This document shows, piece by piece, positions 45,403 to 55,829 of a DNA stretch of 64,000 nt. Under the pieces are notes generated by a model that was not told the DNA's origin, ran no database searches, and saw only the letters and a program-made list of their open reading frames with translations. This DNA comes from an uncultured virus (IMG/VR IMGVR_UViG_3300031857_015178) (taxonomy: Duplodnaviria > Heunggongvirae > Uroviricota > Caudoviricetes): the IMG/VR virus record IMGVR_UViG_3300031857_015178. One strand, 5' to 3'. Position numbers and translations under genes: made by a program. The stretch's first letter is position 1; the number at the start of each line of letters is the position of its first letter.

Positions 45403-48141
45403 ATGGCTATTAACGTTCAGAAGTTATTACCTGCAGCAAAGACATCCGCAATTGCAAAAATTGATGCAAGTAAAATTTCATCATCACTTGTAATCAATAA
45501 GAAGAATATTGATACAAAAAAATTAACTGCCCTATCAATTCGACGTAGTGAAGACAACGTAAGTATTGTAAAAAAATCTTTAATTGATATTGATGGTCTT
45601 TTGAAATCTGTATTAACTGAAGACCAAAAAACAGAAAGAACAAAGAGAATTCGAAAAGAGCAAGAAGAAAACGAACAAAGAGAAACGAAATTAGAAACTC
45701 CTAAAGAATCTAAGAAGTTTAATCTTCCAAAAGTTTCTCTTCCTGGAATGAGTTTCTTGGATAGAATTAAGAGATTCTTATTCTTTACCGCTCTTGGATG
45801 GTTGTTTACAAAATTCCAAGATCAACTCCCCAAATTAACTGGAATTATTAAAATCATTACACCAATAGCAGGTGTTGTTGAAAATGTATTCAAGTTTATT
45901 CTGGAGAGTGTTGTAAACTTTATAGACCGTGGATATCAAACTTACGATAAGATACGTGGTCTTGTAAAAACGGTTGGTGGCGAAAAGGCGCAGGGTGAAT
46001 TTGATAAGATATCTGGAAAGTTAAATGAGTATATTAACTATGTTCTAATTGGGGGAATGGCACTCACAGGTGCTATTAATACCTTTGCAAATAATGCAAG
46101 AAAATATAAACCACCAAAACCAACTCCACAAGGAACTCCTAGAGGACCAGTTCCACAGAGAGGTCCAGTACAAAGAGTAGTTAGACCAGTACAGGCGGCT
46201 TCGATAAAGGCATCTAGAGCAGTCATTGGAAAGCAAGCAACACGTCAACTATTGAGACTTGCAAAAGGTCCTCTATCTAGATTACCTATTGTCGGAGCAC
46301 TAGTTGAGTTTGGTCTTTCTTGGGCTCTTGGAGATAACCCTGGCAAAGCAGCATTCCGAGGAGTTGGAACTCTACTTCTTGGTGCTGTTGGTTCTTTAAT
46401 TATGCCTGGGTTTGGAACTTTTATTGGTGGTTATGCTGGTGCAGAACTTGCTGGAAAATTATACGATGTTCTTTTTGCAAATAAGGCTCCTGGAACCCCA
46501 GTTCAAACTCAACGTCGTGGTGGAAAAGTTATCCGACGTTATGCAAAGGGCGGTCAAGTTTTGGGTGCTAGTGGAAGAACTCTAACAACTAAAAAATCCA
46601 AAAAACCATACATTCCACCTAAAGTAACACAACCCGGAAAAGATGTTGGTGGAAAGAAAAATATAAGAAAACTATTTCCAGACCCCTCGTACAAAATGAG
46701 TGTTGCTGAATGGAATTTAGCTGGAGGTGCTGGAACATATGCAGATTATGAAGAGCAATGGAAAAAACAAAAAGATAAACCAAATCCATATAAGGCATTA
46801 ACTAATATAGCTGCGATCCTAAAGGATATTCCTTATGGTATCGGCACATTAATGGGTTCAGCGGTTGATGTTGCATTGGGACAAAAGACAGATGAAAATA
46901 CTTTCAAGAGTATAAGTTTTGGTCTTGAGAATTTATTTGATACCTTTAGAAGTATTTCGAACAAAACTTCTCAAGGTGTTTTTGCCATTCAAAATCAAGT
47001 TCCTACAATGGCAACTGGGGGGCAAGTTTCTAGAACCTTTACTCCATCATCTCGTGCTGATGGCGATCCAATCAAAATTATTGGTACAAGTATCAAGCAG
47101 AGAGTAAATGAGTCAATTAGAGAAGTTCAAAAACAAATTTCTGTCAGAGGGGGGAAAAATATTCCATCTTCATTGTTTTCTTATGAACCTCCTCCACCCA
47201 AAACAAATTACAGTGGTTCATGGAAACCTGCTTCTCCAGGATATTTCAATGCAATTGAATATATTACTGGCGATAAAAATTATCCATCAAACTATGATTA
47301 TGATGGACATGGAACTCCATTTAATTACCACGATCATATTGCTTTTGCTACTCCAAAGGATAAGGATAATGCAAAAAAGGCTTTATTGGCAGCAGGTATT
47401 CAGACAGGAAGTGAATATCTTGATAGAATTGGTGATCCGGGATATCACGGTTCCAATCAAGCAATTGATGTTCCCGGTCATCAATGGGGAGGAGCACCAG
47501 GTTCTCCTATAACACAAGCACAATATAATGGTTCTGCTCAAGTGAGAAGAGTATTGGGTATCGATAAAGTTCAACCAGTAAAAACAAAACCCGGTCAATT
47601 ACCTTCATTGTTTGATAGACCTGGTGCAAATAAACCAGTTAAGCAAACTGGAATTGCTTCTTGGTATGGCCCAGGTTTTTATGGTAATAAGACTGCAAAT
47701 GGGGAGACATTTCGTAAGGGAGATACTGAATATACTGCAGCTCACCCAACATTACCCTTTGGTACAAAAGTAACTGTTACAAATAAATCAAATGGGAAAA
47801 GTATTCAAGTTAGAATTAATGACCGTGGACCATTTAAAGCGGGTAGAATTATTGACTTGAATAAATCTGCAAGAGATGCTTTGGGGGGTCAAGACCTTAC
47901 TGATGTTGATTTGAGTTATCAAGGTGGTGGTTATATTCCAAAACAAACTCCAAAGAATAAATCAGTGTCTCTCACATCATATCCTTCTTATGCTGATGGT
48001 GGCACAAGAATCATGATTCAACCAATCATTATTAAAGAGTCTGTTCCAATTCCAGTATCAAAACGTTCTGGTGGAGCAACTACCTTTATGGTTGCCGGTG
48101 GTGTAAATAGTAGTAATATGCAAAGTTTAGTCAGAGGATAA
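45403..48141 (+). CDS. tape-measure-like protein with C-terminal RlpA-like DPBB domain
   Basis: GIASWYGPGF...TANGE.F...TAAH.TLPFGT.V...RINDRGPF...IIDL. Confidence 0.7.
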   Translation: MAINVQKLLPAAKTSAIAKIDASKISSSLVINKKNIDTKKLTALSIRRSEDNVSIVKKSLIDIDGLLKSVLTEDQKTERTKRIRKEQEENEQRETKLETPKESKKFNLPKVSLPGMSFLDRIKRFLFFTALGWLFTKFQDQLPKLTGIIKIITPIAGVVENVFKFILESVVNFIDRGYQTYDKIRGLVKTVGGEKAQGEFDKISGKLNEYINYVLIGGMALTGAINTFANNARKYKPPKPTPQGTPRGPVPQRGPVQRVVRPVQAASIKASRAVIGKQATRQLLRLAKGPLSRLPIVGALVEFGLSWALGDNPGKAAFRGVGTLLLGAVGSLIMPGFGTFIGGYAGAELAGKLYDVLFANKAPGTPVQTQRRGGKVIRRYAKGGQVLGASGRTLTTKKSKKPYIPPKVTQPGKDVGGKKNIRKLFPDPSYKMSVAEWNLAGGAGTYADYEEQWKKQKDKPNPYKALTNIAAILKDIPYGIGTLMGSAVDVALGQKTDENTFKSISFGLENLFDTFRSISNKTSQGVFAIQNQVPTMATGGQVSRTFTPSSRADGDPIKIIGTSIKQRVNESIREVQKQISVRGGKNIPSSLFSYEPPPPKTNYSGSWKPASPGYFNAIEYITGDKNYPSNYDYDGHGTPFNYHDHIAFATPKDKDNAKKALLAAGIQTGSEYLDRIGDPGYHGSNQAIDVPGHQWGGAPGSPITQAQYNGSAQVRRVLGIDKVQPVKTKPGQLPSLFDRPGANKPVKQTGIASWYGPGFYGNKTANGETFRKGDTEYTAAHPTLPFGTKVTVTNKSNGKSIQVRINDRGPFKAGRIIDLNKSARDALGGQDLTDVDLSYQGGGYIPKQTPKNKSVSLTSYPSYADGGTRIMIQPIIIKESVPIPVSKRSGGATTFMVAGGVNSSNMQSLVRG

Positions 48142-48142
48142 G

Positions 48143-49468
48143 ATGCCAGCAGCAAACATTGCCGCACAAGCAGGTGAAGCTCAAATTAAATTATTCGAAG
48201 TTCATTCAAACTACAATCAACCTACTGATATCTCTAGTGGATGTATTGAGTTTGAGTACTATGAAAGTATCCTCGATAACAGTGTGAGAGCAACAGCAAT
48301 GATTATTGATACTGGTTTCAGAAAATCTAAAGAGGGAACTGCTTCTGTAGAACAAGATGACTTAAACTTAACTGCTGGCGAAAAAGTTCATCTAAAGATT
48401 ATTGATGGAAATCAATTCACTTTAGATTTAACTGGTACAAAGCAGATGAGAATTAAGGAAGTTAGAAATATTGATGAAAGTACTAACAAAATGATGTATG
48501 TTTTGGATTTATTCTCTAAGGAATCAATTGACAATGAACTTGAGAAATGTAGAGTAAAGAAAAGATATGACGGTAAAATATCAGATTCAGTTCAAAAGAT
48601 TTTAAAAGATGTTCTAAAGACACAAAAAAATCTAGACATTGATACTACTTTAAACAAGTTAAGTTTTATTGGGAATGTAGAAAAACCTTTTTACAAAACT
48701 ACTTGGTTAGCTCCAAGGTCTGCACCAGATGCTCCTGGTGCTAAAGGAGTTCTTGCTGGATTCTTTTTTTATGAAACTTATGATGGGTTCAAATTTAAAT
48801 CTATTGATAAACTCTTCGAACAAAAACCAAAGAAGAAGTTTATATTTAATAACTTAATAGAAAAAACTCCACCTCAAGGATATGATGGAAAGATTTTAGA
48901 TTATGCTTTTGATAGTACTTTAGATTTGAAAACTACTCTTCTCACAGGATCCCAATTAAACTCCAAATTGAAGGCAGTAAATTCTTTTGAAAGTGCGTAT
49001 AGAGAAAACTCTTTTGACTCTAAGAAACAGTTTAATGATAAGAATACTGGTGGAAAGGAACAACCACAACTTGCGAAAGACCTTCAACTTCAACAAGAGA
49101 CTTCTAAGATTTCTTATAAGTGGGATGACCCAGGATTTCTTGTTCCAGGAAAAAATTTAAAGGAACAACTTCCAAAATCAACTTATATTAACTATAGTAA
49201 CGATGAGATTTTGAGACAGTCTTATATGAGATATAATAATCTATTCTCTATAAAACTTTCTATTTCTGTTAAGGGTGATATGAGTTTGAGAGCCGGTGAC
49301 TTAGTTGCGTGTGATTTTCCAGAAATATCATCTAAGAAAAATACAGTTGTTAGTCAGAAGAAAAGTGGCATATATATGATAGTAGATGTATGTCACCATT
49401 TAACCAAAAACGGTTGCTTCACGAGAATGAATTTAGTGAGAGAATCTATAGGAAGAAAACCTTCGTAG
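48143..49468 (+). CDS. baseplate hub protein (gp27-like)
   Basis: YYESI, FFYET.DGF.FKSID.L, GD..L.AG, SG.Y.I..V.H. Confidence 0.65.
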   Translation: MPAANIAAQAGEAQIKLFEVHSNYNQPTDISSGCIEFEYYESILDNSVRATAMIIDTGFRKSKEGTASVEQDDLNLTAGEKVHLKIIDGNQFTLDLTGTKQMRIKEVRNIDESTNKMMYVLDLFSKESIDNELEKCRVKKRYDGKISDSVQKILKDVLKTQKNLDIDTTLNKLSFIGNVEKPFYKTTWLAPRSAPDAPGAKGVLAGFFFYETYDGFKFKSIDKLFEQKPKKKFIFNNLIEKTPPQGYDGKILDYAFDSTLDLKTTLLTGSQLNSKLKAVNSFESAYRENSFDSKKQFNDKNTGGKEQPQLAKDLQLQQETSKISYKWDDPGFLVPGKNLKEQLPKSTYINYSNDEILRQSYMRYNNLFSIKLSISVKGDMSLRAGDLVACDFPEISSKKNTVVSQKKSGIYMIVDVCHHLTKNGCFTRMNLVRESIGRKPS

Positions 49469-49475
49469 TAAAAAA

Positions 49476-49691
49476 ATGGAAAAATCACTTCAACAGCATA
49501 TCAATAATGACAGGGATGAACTAGATAATCCAAACACAAGTAGTCAGCGTCGTCGTCATTTAGAGGGTGAACTTGATGCATTAGAGCAGTATCAAGTTAA
49601 TCATCCAGATGACGACCATGATCCATCGTCTCTAGAACTTTATTGTGACGCCCATCCTGATGCTTTAGAATGTAGAGTTTATGATGACTAA
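49476..49691 (+). CDS. cp12: CP12 Calvin cycle inhibitor
   Basis: LELYCDAHPDALECRVYDD C-terminus. Confidence 0.9.
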   Translation: MEKSLQQHINNDRDELDNPNTSSQRRRHLEGELDALEQYQVNHPDDDHDPSSLELYCDAHPDALECRVYDD

Positions 49692-50107
49692 TGGCAGATC
49701 AATATAGAGATAGTTGCATCGACAGACAGAATGTTAATAGAAAAGGACTTAATGGGAATCCAGTTGACCCCATAAGGTTGTCTTTTTTTGATAAAGACGG
49801 GCAGAAGATCAGTGATGTTACAAGAAGTGAAGCAAATTGTATTGCAGGATTAAATTCTCAACAAAAATTTTATTTCCAAGATGGAAATGGTTATCTAAGA
49901 GAACTCTTAATTTCTGATGTAAATAAACTCTCTTCAAATGATTGTTTAAGATCTCCAACTATTTCAGGACAATTTACTTCTGGTGTCGGTAATGGCGACT
50001 CTGATTCAACATTAAATAGTGCTGTAGAACAAGCAAACGATCCTGCTATAAATCAATTATTAGACAAAGCTAAGATTGATATTCCCGCAGACCTAGGAGA
50101 CTTCTGA
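49691..50107 (+). CDS. hypothetical protein
   Basis: TAATG coupling. Confidence 0.6.
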   Translation: MADQYRDSCIDRQNVNRKGLNGNPVDPIRLSFFDKDGQKISDVTRSEANCIAGLNSQQKFYFQDGNGYLRELLISDVNKLSSNDCLRSPTISGQFTSGVGNGDSDSTLNSAVEQANDPAINQLLDKAKIDIPADLGDF

Positions 50108-50108
50108 T

Positions 50109-50696
50109 ATGAATCAGTACTCGGGTAACTTTGATTTAAACACGGTATCTTCTCTTCCAAGGTGGTTTGGTAGAGTAGTTTCTAGTGTTTCTTGGCAAGA
50201 TAATATCGAGGCAGCGCATTTTGATCCAAAGAATCAGAAAGGATGGGGATATAGATATCGCGTAAGATATTTTGGATTACATTCTGGAAATACTCAAGAT
50301 CTTCCTGACGAACAACTGCCAATGGCTAATGTTGTGATGCCAGTTACTTCTGGTTCTGGTTTGGGCGGATCTTATGATACTCCAGCAATATTAGCAGGAA
50401 CAATAGTAACAGGATTTTTTCTTGATGGAATGGGAGGTCAAGAACCTTATATTGATGGGTTATTGATTAATTCAAATAATACTGTTCCAAAAAAACAACC
50501 TTCTGGTGATGATGGTGGTCTTCAACTTTTTAATGATACATATAAAGGGACAAGTTCACAAACAGGTTCTTTTGTTCCAGACTATTTGCAAACAATTAAA
50601 AAGATTGAAAGACCTTCGGCAGCAAGTAATCAATATAAAGTAACACCACAAAATAATTTAACCATAGCAGAATTGAGAGCAAGAACTAGAACATAA
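50109..50696 (+). CDS. gp5 N-terminal OB-fold-like baseplate protein
   Basis: W.G.V...RYRVR.FG.H...LP.A...G..V.GFFLDG..GQ.P.I.G. Confidence 0.75.
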   Translation: MNQYSGNFDLNTVSSLPRWFGRVVSSVSWQDNIEAAHFDPKNQKGWGYRYRVRYFGLHSGNTQDLPDEQLPMANVVMPVTSGSGLGGSYDTPAILAGTIVTGFFLDGMGGQEPYIDGLLINSNNTVPKKQPSGDDGGLQLFNDTYKGTSSQTGSFVPDYLQTIKKIERPSAASNQYKVTPQNNLTIAELRARTRT

Positions 50697-50701
50697 GAAA
50701 A

Positions 50702-52423
50702 ATGACAGTACTTCCCGCAGGAACTCCTCAAACTAAAGATGTCGATCAGTCGCCAACGACGCATAGACATTCTCAGACTTTTACTGAGATCTCTAAAGTT
50801 GCTTGGCAGCAAGATATTGACCTTAGGAATGTAGTTCATATACAAAGTCCTTGCAAAAGTGACAATAGTTCAATGAAAGGTATTCAGAGAACTATTAAAA
50901 ACTTACAAACAGACTTGGAGAGAATAAAGAGATTTTCAAATGTAAATTCTGCTGTTGATGCACTTACCCGCGAAGATCAAGAACCTGGAAAGTCTATTAA
51001 GAAGTTGGTTAATTTTGCAGCAACTGACATTTCTGGTTATGTTAAGAACATTCTAGGAAATGTTCGTGGTTGGGTGATGAATAAAGTGCAAGATGAGGCA
51101 AAAAAAAGATTACCGTTTTTGTTTCCAGGAGAGATGCCATCCTTTATCGATAAGTTGGATAAAGGTATAAATGGTATTTCTTGTGCTTTCGCTAAAATTG
51201 TAAGAGGTCTTGCTAAAACTGTTGGCAATTTATTACTACAGATGTTAGATAAGTTTCTCAACGGACCAATGTGTTTGATTGAAAATTTTATTTCTAACTT
51301 AGTCAAGAAAATTTTAAAACCAATTGAAAAGGCTATAAAGTCTGCTGTTAAACTTATTGATTCTGGTCTAGGTAAAGCGGCAAATCTTGCAACAAGTCTA
51401 TTCAATGCACTAGATTATGTTACTGGTATTTTAAATTTCTTTAAGTGTGATGATGACAAAGCATGTCCTTCAGTTCAAGAAACAACTTTATCTGGAGCGG
51501 GTCAGAACAACCCTCAAGGTGGAGATCCTGTAGGTAAAAACCCATTCACTAGATTTTTATCTGCATCTGATAGTGCTCCAGCATGTCCGACTAATCCACA
51601 ACTATGCGGTCCACCAAGAATTCAATTTTTTGGTGGGATGGGAATCGGTGCTATGGCTAATGCAATAATTAGTCCCAATTCCAATTCGATTATTGGATTT
51701 GATATTGTGAGTCGCGGTTTCAATTATCTCAATCCACCCTTTGCAAATATTGTAGATGAGTGTGGAACTGGGTCTGGTGGTGCGATAGTCGTTCAGACTA
51801 GGCCATATAGTGGAGGAGATCCTGCAAAAGGTGGTCTTGAAATAAAAAATATTGTTGTAACTGCTCCTGGTGATGGATATCTTCCTGCACCAGATGGGTC
51901 TTTAGGTGGAAATGGATTTGTTTGGAAGGAGTCGAATGAATGCTATGTCAAAAAAGCAAATGGAGACTATTATGTAGTTCCCGATTGTATAGAACCACCT
52001 TTAGCACCAGGTGATACTTTCTTTAGTTCTAAACCACCTGCACCAGCACCAAACTTAACATACTCTGTCGTTACTGCAATTGACGAAATATATGTTGAGG
52101 ATCCTGGTTTTGGTTATCAACCAGGAGATACTTTACAAGTAGTTCCTGATAATGGTGCAGTATTAAAACCAATTATAAATGAAAGAGGAGAGATATCTCA
52201 AATTGAAGTGGTAAAACCTGGAGTTGGATTTGTAGATCTGCCAGAGATTGTCATAAATTCACCTACAGGTTATAATGCAAGATTAATACCAGTTCTTAGG
52301 GCAATTCCTGTAGAACAAATATCAATCCTTGGTGATGTTGCACCAGGAACAGAGGTAATTTCTGTTGTTGATTGTGTTGGTAGAGTGCCACCCAGAGAAA
52401 CATTTGACATAGTACCGAGATAA
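50702..52423 (+). CDS. baseplate/gp5-associated structural protein
   Basis: Cys-rich, G.GY repeats, C-terminal VISVVDCVG. Confidence 0.6.
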   Translation: MTVLPAGTPQTKDVDQSPTTHRHSQTFTEISKVAWQQDIDLRNVVHIQSPCKSDNSSMKGIQRTIKNLQTDLERIKRFSNVNSAVDALTREDQEPGKSIKKLVNFAATDISGYVKNILGNVRGWVMNKVQDEAKKRLPFLFPGEMPSFIDKLDKGINGISCAFAKIVRGLAKTVGNLLLQMLDKFLNGPMCLIENFISNLVKKILKPIEKAIKSAVKLIDSGLGKAANLATSLFNALDYVTGILNFFKCDDDKACPSVQETTLSGAGQNNPQGGDPVGKNPFTRFLSASDSAPACPTNPQLCGPPRIQFFGGMGIGAMANAIISPNSNSIIGFDIVSRGFNYLNPPFANIVDECGTGSGGAIVVQTRPYSGGDPAKGGLEIKNIVVTAPGDGYLPAPDGSLGGNGFVWKESNECYVKKANGDYYVVPDCIEPPLAPGDTFFSSKPPAPAPNLTYSVVTAIDEIYVEDPGFGYQPGDTLQVVPDNGAVLKPIINERGEISQIEVVKPGVGFVDLPEIVINSPTGYNARLIPVLRAIPVEQISILGDVAPGTEVISVVDCVGRVPPRETFDIVPR

Positions 52424-52425
52424 AA

Positions 52426-53001
52426 ATGGCAAAATCCAAAAATTACGAAACAAAGACAACAGGAACAAAGGACGGGCAACTAACCTTTGGAAGTATTCAT
52501 TCCGATCAGGTAAAGTCTTCGGTCATGCTTCAGGGGCAAGAGTCTCTTGAGTATATTACGATAGACCAAACTGCTCCTAGAAAAAGATGGATGACCTCTA
52601 GATGTAGAGGTAGATATCAAGTTAAATGTGGTGATGATATTCCAAAGGATGAACTTGGGATGTGGTTCAATGCTGACAGAAGTGATATTCTAATTCAGAC
52701 AAAAGGTAGATTGAGACTTGAAGCTGAAAATATTGACATAATTGCTCGTGGACCTGATCCAAGTAAGGGGATTGTTAATATTATTTCAAACGAAAGTGTA
52801 AATATTGAGACCAAAAAATTCACAGCAAATGCGAATGAATCCATCAGTATTTTTACTGACGGTAGTATGCAACAATCTGCAATAAATATTATGCGAATTT
52901 ATGGTGGAAGCATTCAGAAGATGACTTCTATGAGTGCAGACAAAACACCATCGTTACCTATACTGGGTAAAATAGTACAACTAACAAAGCCGCAATCATA
53001 A
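52426..53001 (+). CDS. gp5 beta-helix-like protein
   Basis: Repeated beta pattern (L.L.AENI.I, I.SNESV.I). Confidence 0.5.
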   Translation: MAKSKNYETKTTGTKDGQLTFGSIHSDQVKSSVMLQGQESLEYITIDQTAPRKRWMTSRCRGRYQVKCGDDIPKDELGMWFNADRSDILIQTKGRLRLEAENIDIIARGPDPSKGIVNIISNESVNIETKKFTANANESISIFTDGSMQQSAINIMRIYGGSIQKMTSMSADKTPSLPILGKIVQLTKPQS

Positions 53002-53003
53002 CT

Positions 53004-53852
53004 ATGTCAAGTTCAAGTGATTTTGAATTAGTTCACGGACAACTCCACGTAACTAATAGAGCATCAAAACCAGAAGCATTGGGTAGAGGTTCTAAAAGTA
53101 TTCATGGATCTGCATATTTTCAAGCACCAGTTCATATTGGAAAGGATAGTGATTATGGGAATGTTGAAGCATCCTTGATGATTGGTAGAGAAACAAATCC
53201 AGACACTCCATCAAATGCAAAGAGGTCTTTATTTGTAAAAGGTGATACTAAATTTGAAGGTGACGGTCAGACTCAAAACGCAGTCTACATCACAGGACCA
53301 ACAACTGATGTTCTTTATATTGATGGTGATGTATTTGTTACTGGAAAAGTTGACTGTGGTAACAAAGGAAAATTGGCCGCAAGATTTGCAACTGCAGATG
53401 CTCTAGGAAAAACATTTGATATGGTTCATCCATCTAAAGGTAAAGGGTGGAGATTGTCTTATGCATGTGTGGAAGGACCTGAAATTGGTGTATATTTTAG
53501 AGGTAGAGTTACGAATAAAACTGAAATAAATCTTCCAGACTATTGGAAAGATTTGGTTCATGAAGATAGTATATCAGTGCAACTTCAACCAATTGGATCT
53601 CATCAAAACGTTATCGTGAAGAGATGGGATGATTCTAAAATTTATCTTCAATCAAATGGTGGAATGCCTATTGATTGCTTCTATCATGTTTATGCGGAAA
53701 GAAAAGATGTTAACCCACTTCATGTAGAATATGAGGGGAATAGTTGGAAAGACTATCCAGATCCGAATCACTTGAATAAAGATCCTGATGATGAGACTCG
53801 GAATTTGTTAGATCCACAGTACAGAGGCCCTAGAAACACGATTACCCGTTAG
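53004..53852 (+). CDS. structural protein with C-terminal tail-fibre-like domain
   Basis: KTFD..HP...L.Y...EGPE..VY.RG...LPDYW..LV. Confidence 0.55.
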   Translation: MSSSSDFELVHGQLHVTNRASKPEALGRGSKSIHGSAYFQAPVHIGKDSDYGNVEASLMIGRETNPDTPSNAKRSLFVKGDTKFEGDGQTQNAVYITGPTTDVLYIDGDVFVTGKVDCGNKGKLAARFATADALGKTFDMVHPSKGKGWRLSYACVEGPEIGVYFRGRVTNKTEINLPDYWKDLVHEDSISVQLQPIGSHQNVIVKRWDDSKIYLQSNGGMPIDCFYHVYAERKDVNPLHVEYEGNSWKDYPDPNHLNKDPDDETRNLLDPQYRGPRNTITR

Positions 53853-53913
53853 GGGGCTCTTGACGCGAACCCCCCACCGTGCTATGATACATGGGTAATC
53901 AACGGACGACCGA

Positions 53914-54096
53914 ATGCAAGACGAGTACCTCTCACGCTGCGTTGTGGACCCCATCAAGCGTACAGTGTATCTGTACTCTAGCGAAGGGTCAGAGAAGCAA
54001 GTGACCTGTGATACCGTAGATGAGTTTATGAATGTGCTAGAGTTCGTTCGTGCTACAGTGGATGAAGAGACACTCTCATACGCAAGTCCTCTCTGA
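53914..54096 (+). CDS. hypothetical protein
   Basis: Downstream of a TTGACG-17-TATGAT promoter. Confidence 0.6.
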   Translation: MQDEYLSRCVVDPIKRTVYLYSSEGSEKQVTCDTVDEFMNVLEFVRATVDEETLSYASPL

Positions 54097-54177
54097 AACT
54101 AAAATGGACCTTTAATTCCATTTTAGGTCCAAAAAAATTCCCGGTAAAAATTGCCCCCTATTACTTTTTTGAAAAGT

Positions 54178-54381
54178 ATGCCTTACAAAATCTCATACAA
54201 AGACCTTAAAGAGGAATCTGTCAAAACTACTCCAGAGAATGTAAAAGAAGCAAATGAGGCACTTTTCTCTGCAAAGTGGAATCTTCCCAAAGCAGCAAAA
54301 CACTGTGGAATGTCACAAAAAGAAATGAAGTTGACATTCTGGGAGTATATCAAGTATAATCCTAGTACTTACAAAGCGTAA
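54178..54381 (+). CDS. hypothetical protein (possible HTH)
   Basis: WNLPKAAKHCGMS..EMK. Confidence 0.55.
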   Translation: MPYKISYKDLKEESVKTTPENVKEANEALFSAKWNLPKAAKHCGMSQKEMKLTFWEYIKYNPSTYKA

Positions 54382-54389
54382 GTTTTTTT

Positions 54390-54472
54390 GGGAGCGTGGT
54401 GAAATTGGTAAACACACGACACTTAAAATGTCGCGGGCAGCGCCCTTGTCGGTTCAAGTCCGACCGTTCCTA
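54390..54472 (+). tRNA. tRNA-Leu(TAA)
   Basis: CGACA-CTTAAAA-TGTCG arm, long variable arm. Confidence 0.9.
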
Positions 54473-54515
54473 TGAGGTTCTTCCTCTAAATAAACAAAAG
54501 TAAAAAGACTATTCT

Positions 54516-54785
54516 ATGAAATACAGAATAGATGCCAGATACGTTTGGTATAATCGCGGAACTCAAATAGTTCTAATGTATTTCATAAATCAAATTCCTT
54601 TTACTTTTGATGATCTTCCAGACGAATCAATATTCGATTTGGAATTAATCGAATTGGCAGATAACGAAAGAAGATTTGAACCAGAAGACCTTTATCAAGC
54701 ATCATACTACTTAATGCTTGAAGAATGTCATCCTCTCTTATATGAGTTGGAACTGGAAAATCCAGAAATGTTACCTGCCGATTAA
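54516..54785 (+). CDS. hypothetical protein
   Basis: ORF after CTAAATA. Confidence 0.65.
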   Translation: MKYRIDARYVWYNRGTQIVLMYFINQIPFTFDDLPDESIFDLELIELADNERRFEPEDLYQASYYLMLEECHPLLYELELENPEMLPAD

Positions 54786-54786
54786 T

Positions 54787-54858
54787 GCCCTTGTAGCTCA
54801 GTGGTAGAGCAACGGTTTTGTAAACCGTTGGTCGCTGGTTCAAATCCGGTCGGGGGCT
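54787..54858 (+). tRNA. tRNA-Thr(TGT)
   Basis: ACGGT-TTTGTAA-ACCGT arm. Confidence 0.93.
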
Positions 54859-54879
54859 TGAGTTCATAAAACTCCAAAA

Positions 54880-55038
54880 ATGTCACTTATTTCACAAACT
54901 GACCGCGAGATGGTCATTGAAGCACTTGAATATTATGTTCAGAAACTTAAGGAAGATAACTGCACTCCTGCCTCTATCAGTGCATTCCAAACACTCCTTA
55001 ACTGGGTCCAACTGGAGCACTTCAAACATGAAAGTTAA
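54880..55038 (+). CDS. hypothetical protein (52 aa)
   Basis: MSLISQTDREMVIEALEYY...LLNWVQLE read from sequence. Confidence 0.55.
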   Translation: MSLISQTDREMVIEALEYYVQKLKEDNCTPASISAFQTLLNWVQLEHFKHES

Positions 55039-55201
55039 TCTTTGGTATTGTAATGAAATGAAACAGTGGCGTTGGACGCTGACTGATGATTCACGACCTA
55101 TTCTTAAGCAAGAATCTGGCCAGCAACCTCATCTGCGTGATGCAATGAATGATGTTGCAAACACTGTTGAATATATGTTAGAATGCAAACAAAGTGAGTA
55201 A
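55028..55201 (+). CDS. hypothetical protein
   Basis: MKVNLWYC...QWRWTL; GGAG RBS. Confidence 0.6.
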   Translation: MKVNLWYCNEMKQWRWTLTDDSRPILKQESGQQPHLRDAMNDVANTVEYMLECKQSE

Positions 55202-55211
55202 AAATACCTAA

Positions 55212-55829
55212 ATGAAATCTGACTTTTATATAGATAGGGTAGGCAAAGAAGAAATAAAAGAACTTCTTTATACCTATCATTATCTAAAAGACGAATCAAA
55301 AGATTTCAAAAGTGGATATAATTACTCTCTTTACCGCAAATCATTCACAGATGTCCTTAATATTGGCGGGTCTGTTGGTGTTTGTATTTTTACTGGTCTC
55401 CCAGTTCCAGAAATTGCCGTAGGTGCATTTGGTCTAGAAAGAAACGCACAAGAAGGTTTATTTGAACTTTCTCGTTTGTGTATAGACCCAGAAGTTCAAA
55501 AAGAAGAATATAATATTACATCATGGTTTGTCAGTCGTTGTATCAAGAGGTTTAGGAAAGATGCCCGCGTTCGTGCTATTCTTAGTTACGCTGATGCTAA
55601 TCACCACATTGGAACTATATACAGAGCTTGTAATTTTACTTACTACGGTCTAACAGATCCCAAAAAAGACTTTTATTATGCTGACGGAACAAAACATTCT
55701 AGGGGTAGCGTCAAGGGTGCTGATGGTGAGTGGCGTAGTAGGAGTCGTAAACATCGGTATCTTATGGTTTTTGACAAGAAACTCAAAGAAAGGTTGACAT
55801 GGAAAGAACAGTCGTGGTATAATAACTAA
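55212..55829 (+). CDS. Mom-like (GNAT-fold) DNA modification protein
   Basis: HYL, ELSRLC, SWFVSR, SYAD...H.GTIYRA.NF.Y.G. Confidence 0.7.
   Translation: MKSDFYIDRVGKEEIKELLYTYHYLKDESKDFKSGYNYSLYRKSFTDVLNIGGSVGVCIFTGLPVPEIAVGAFGLERNAQEGLFELSRLCIDPEVQKEEYNITSWFVSRCIKRFRKDARVRAILSYADANHHIGTIYRACNFTYYGLTDPKKDFYYADGTKHSRGSVKGADGEWRSRSRKHRYLMVFDKKLKERLTWKEQSWYNN

Noticed and set aside
54100..54160. Overlapping palindromes and A-tracts as a replication origin or packaging site
   Set aside because: AAAATGGA/TCCATTTT and GGACCT/AGGTCC pairings are present, but there are no iterons or other support for a function.
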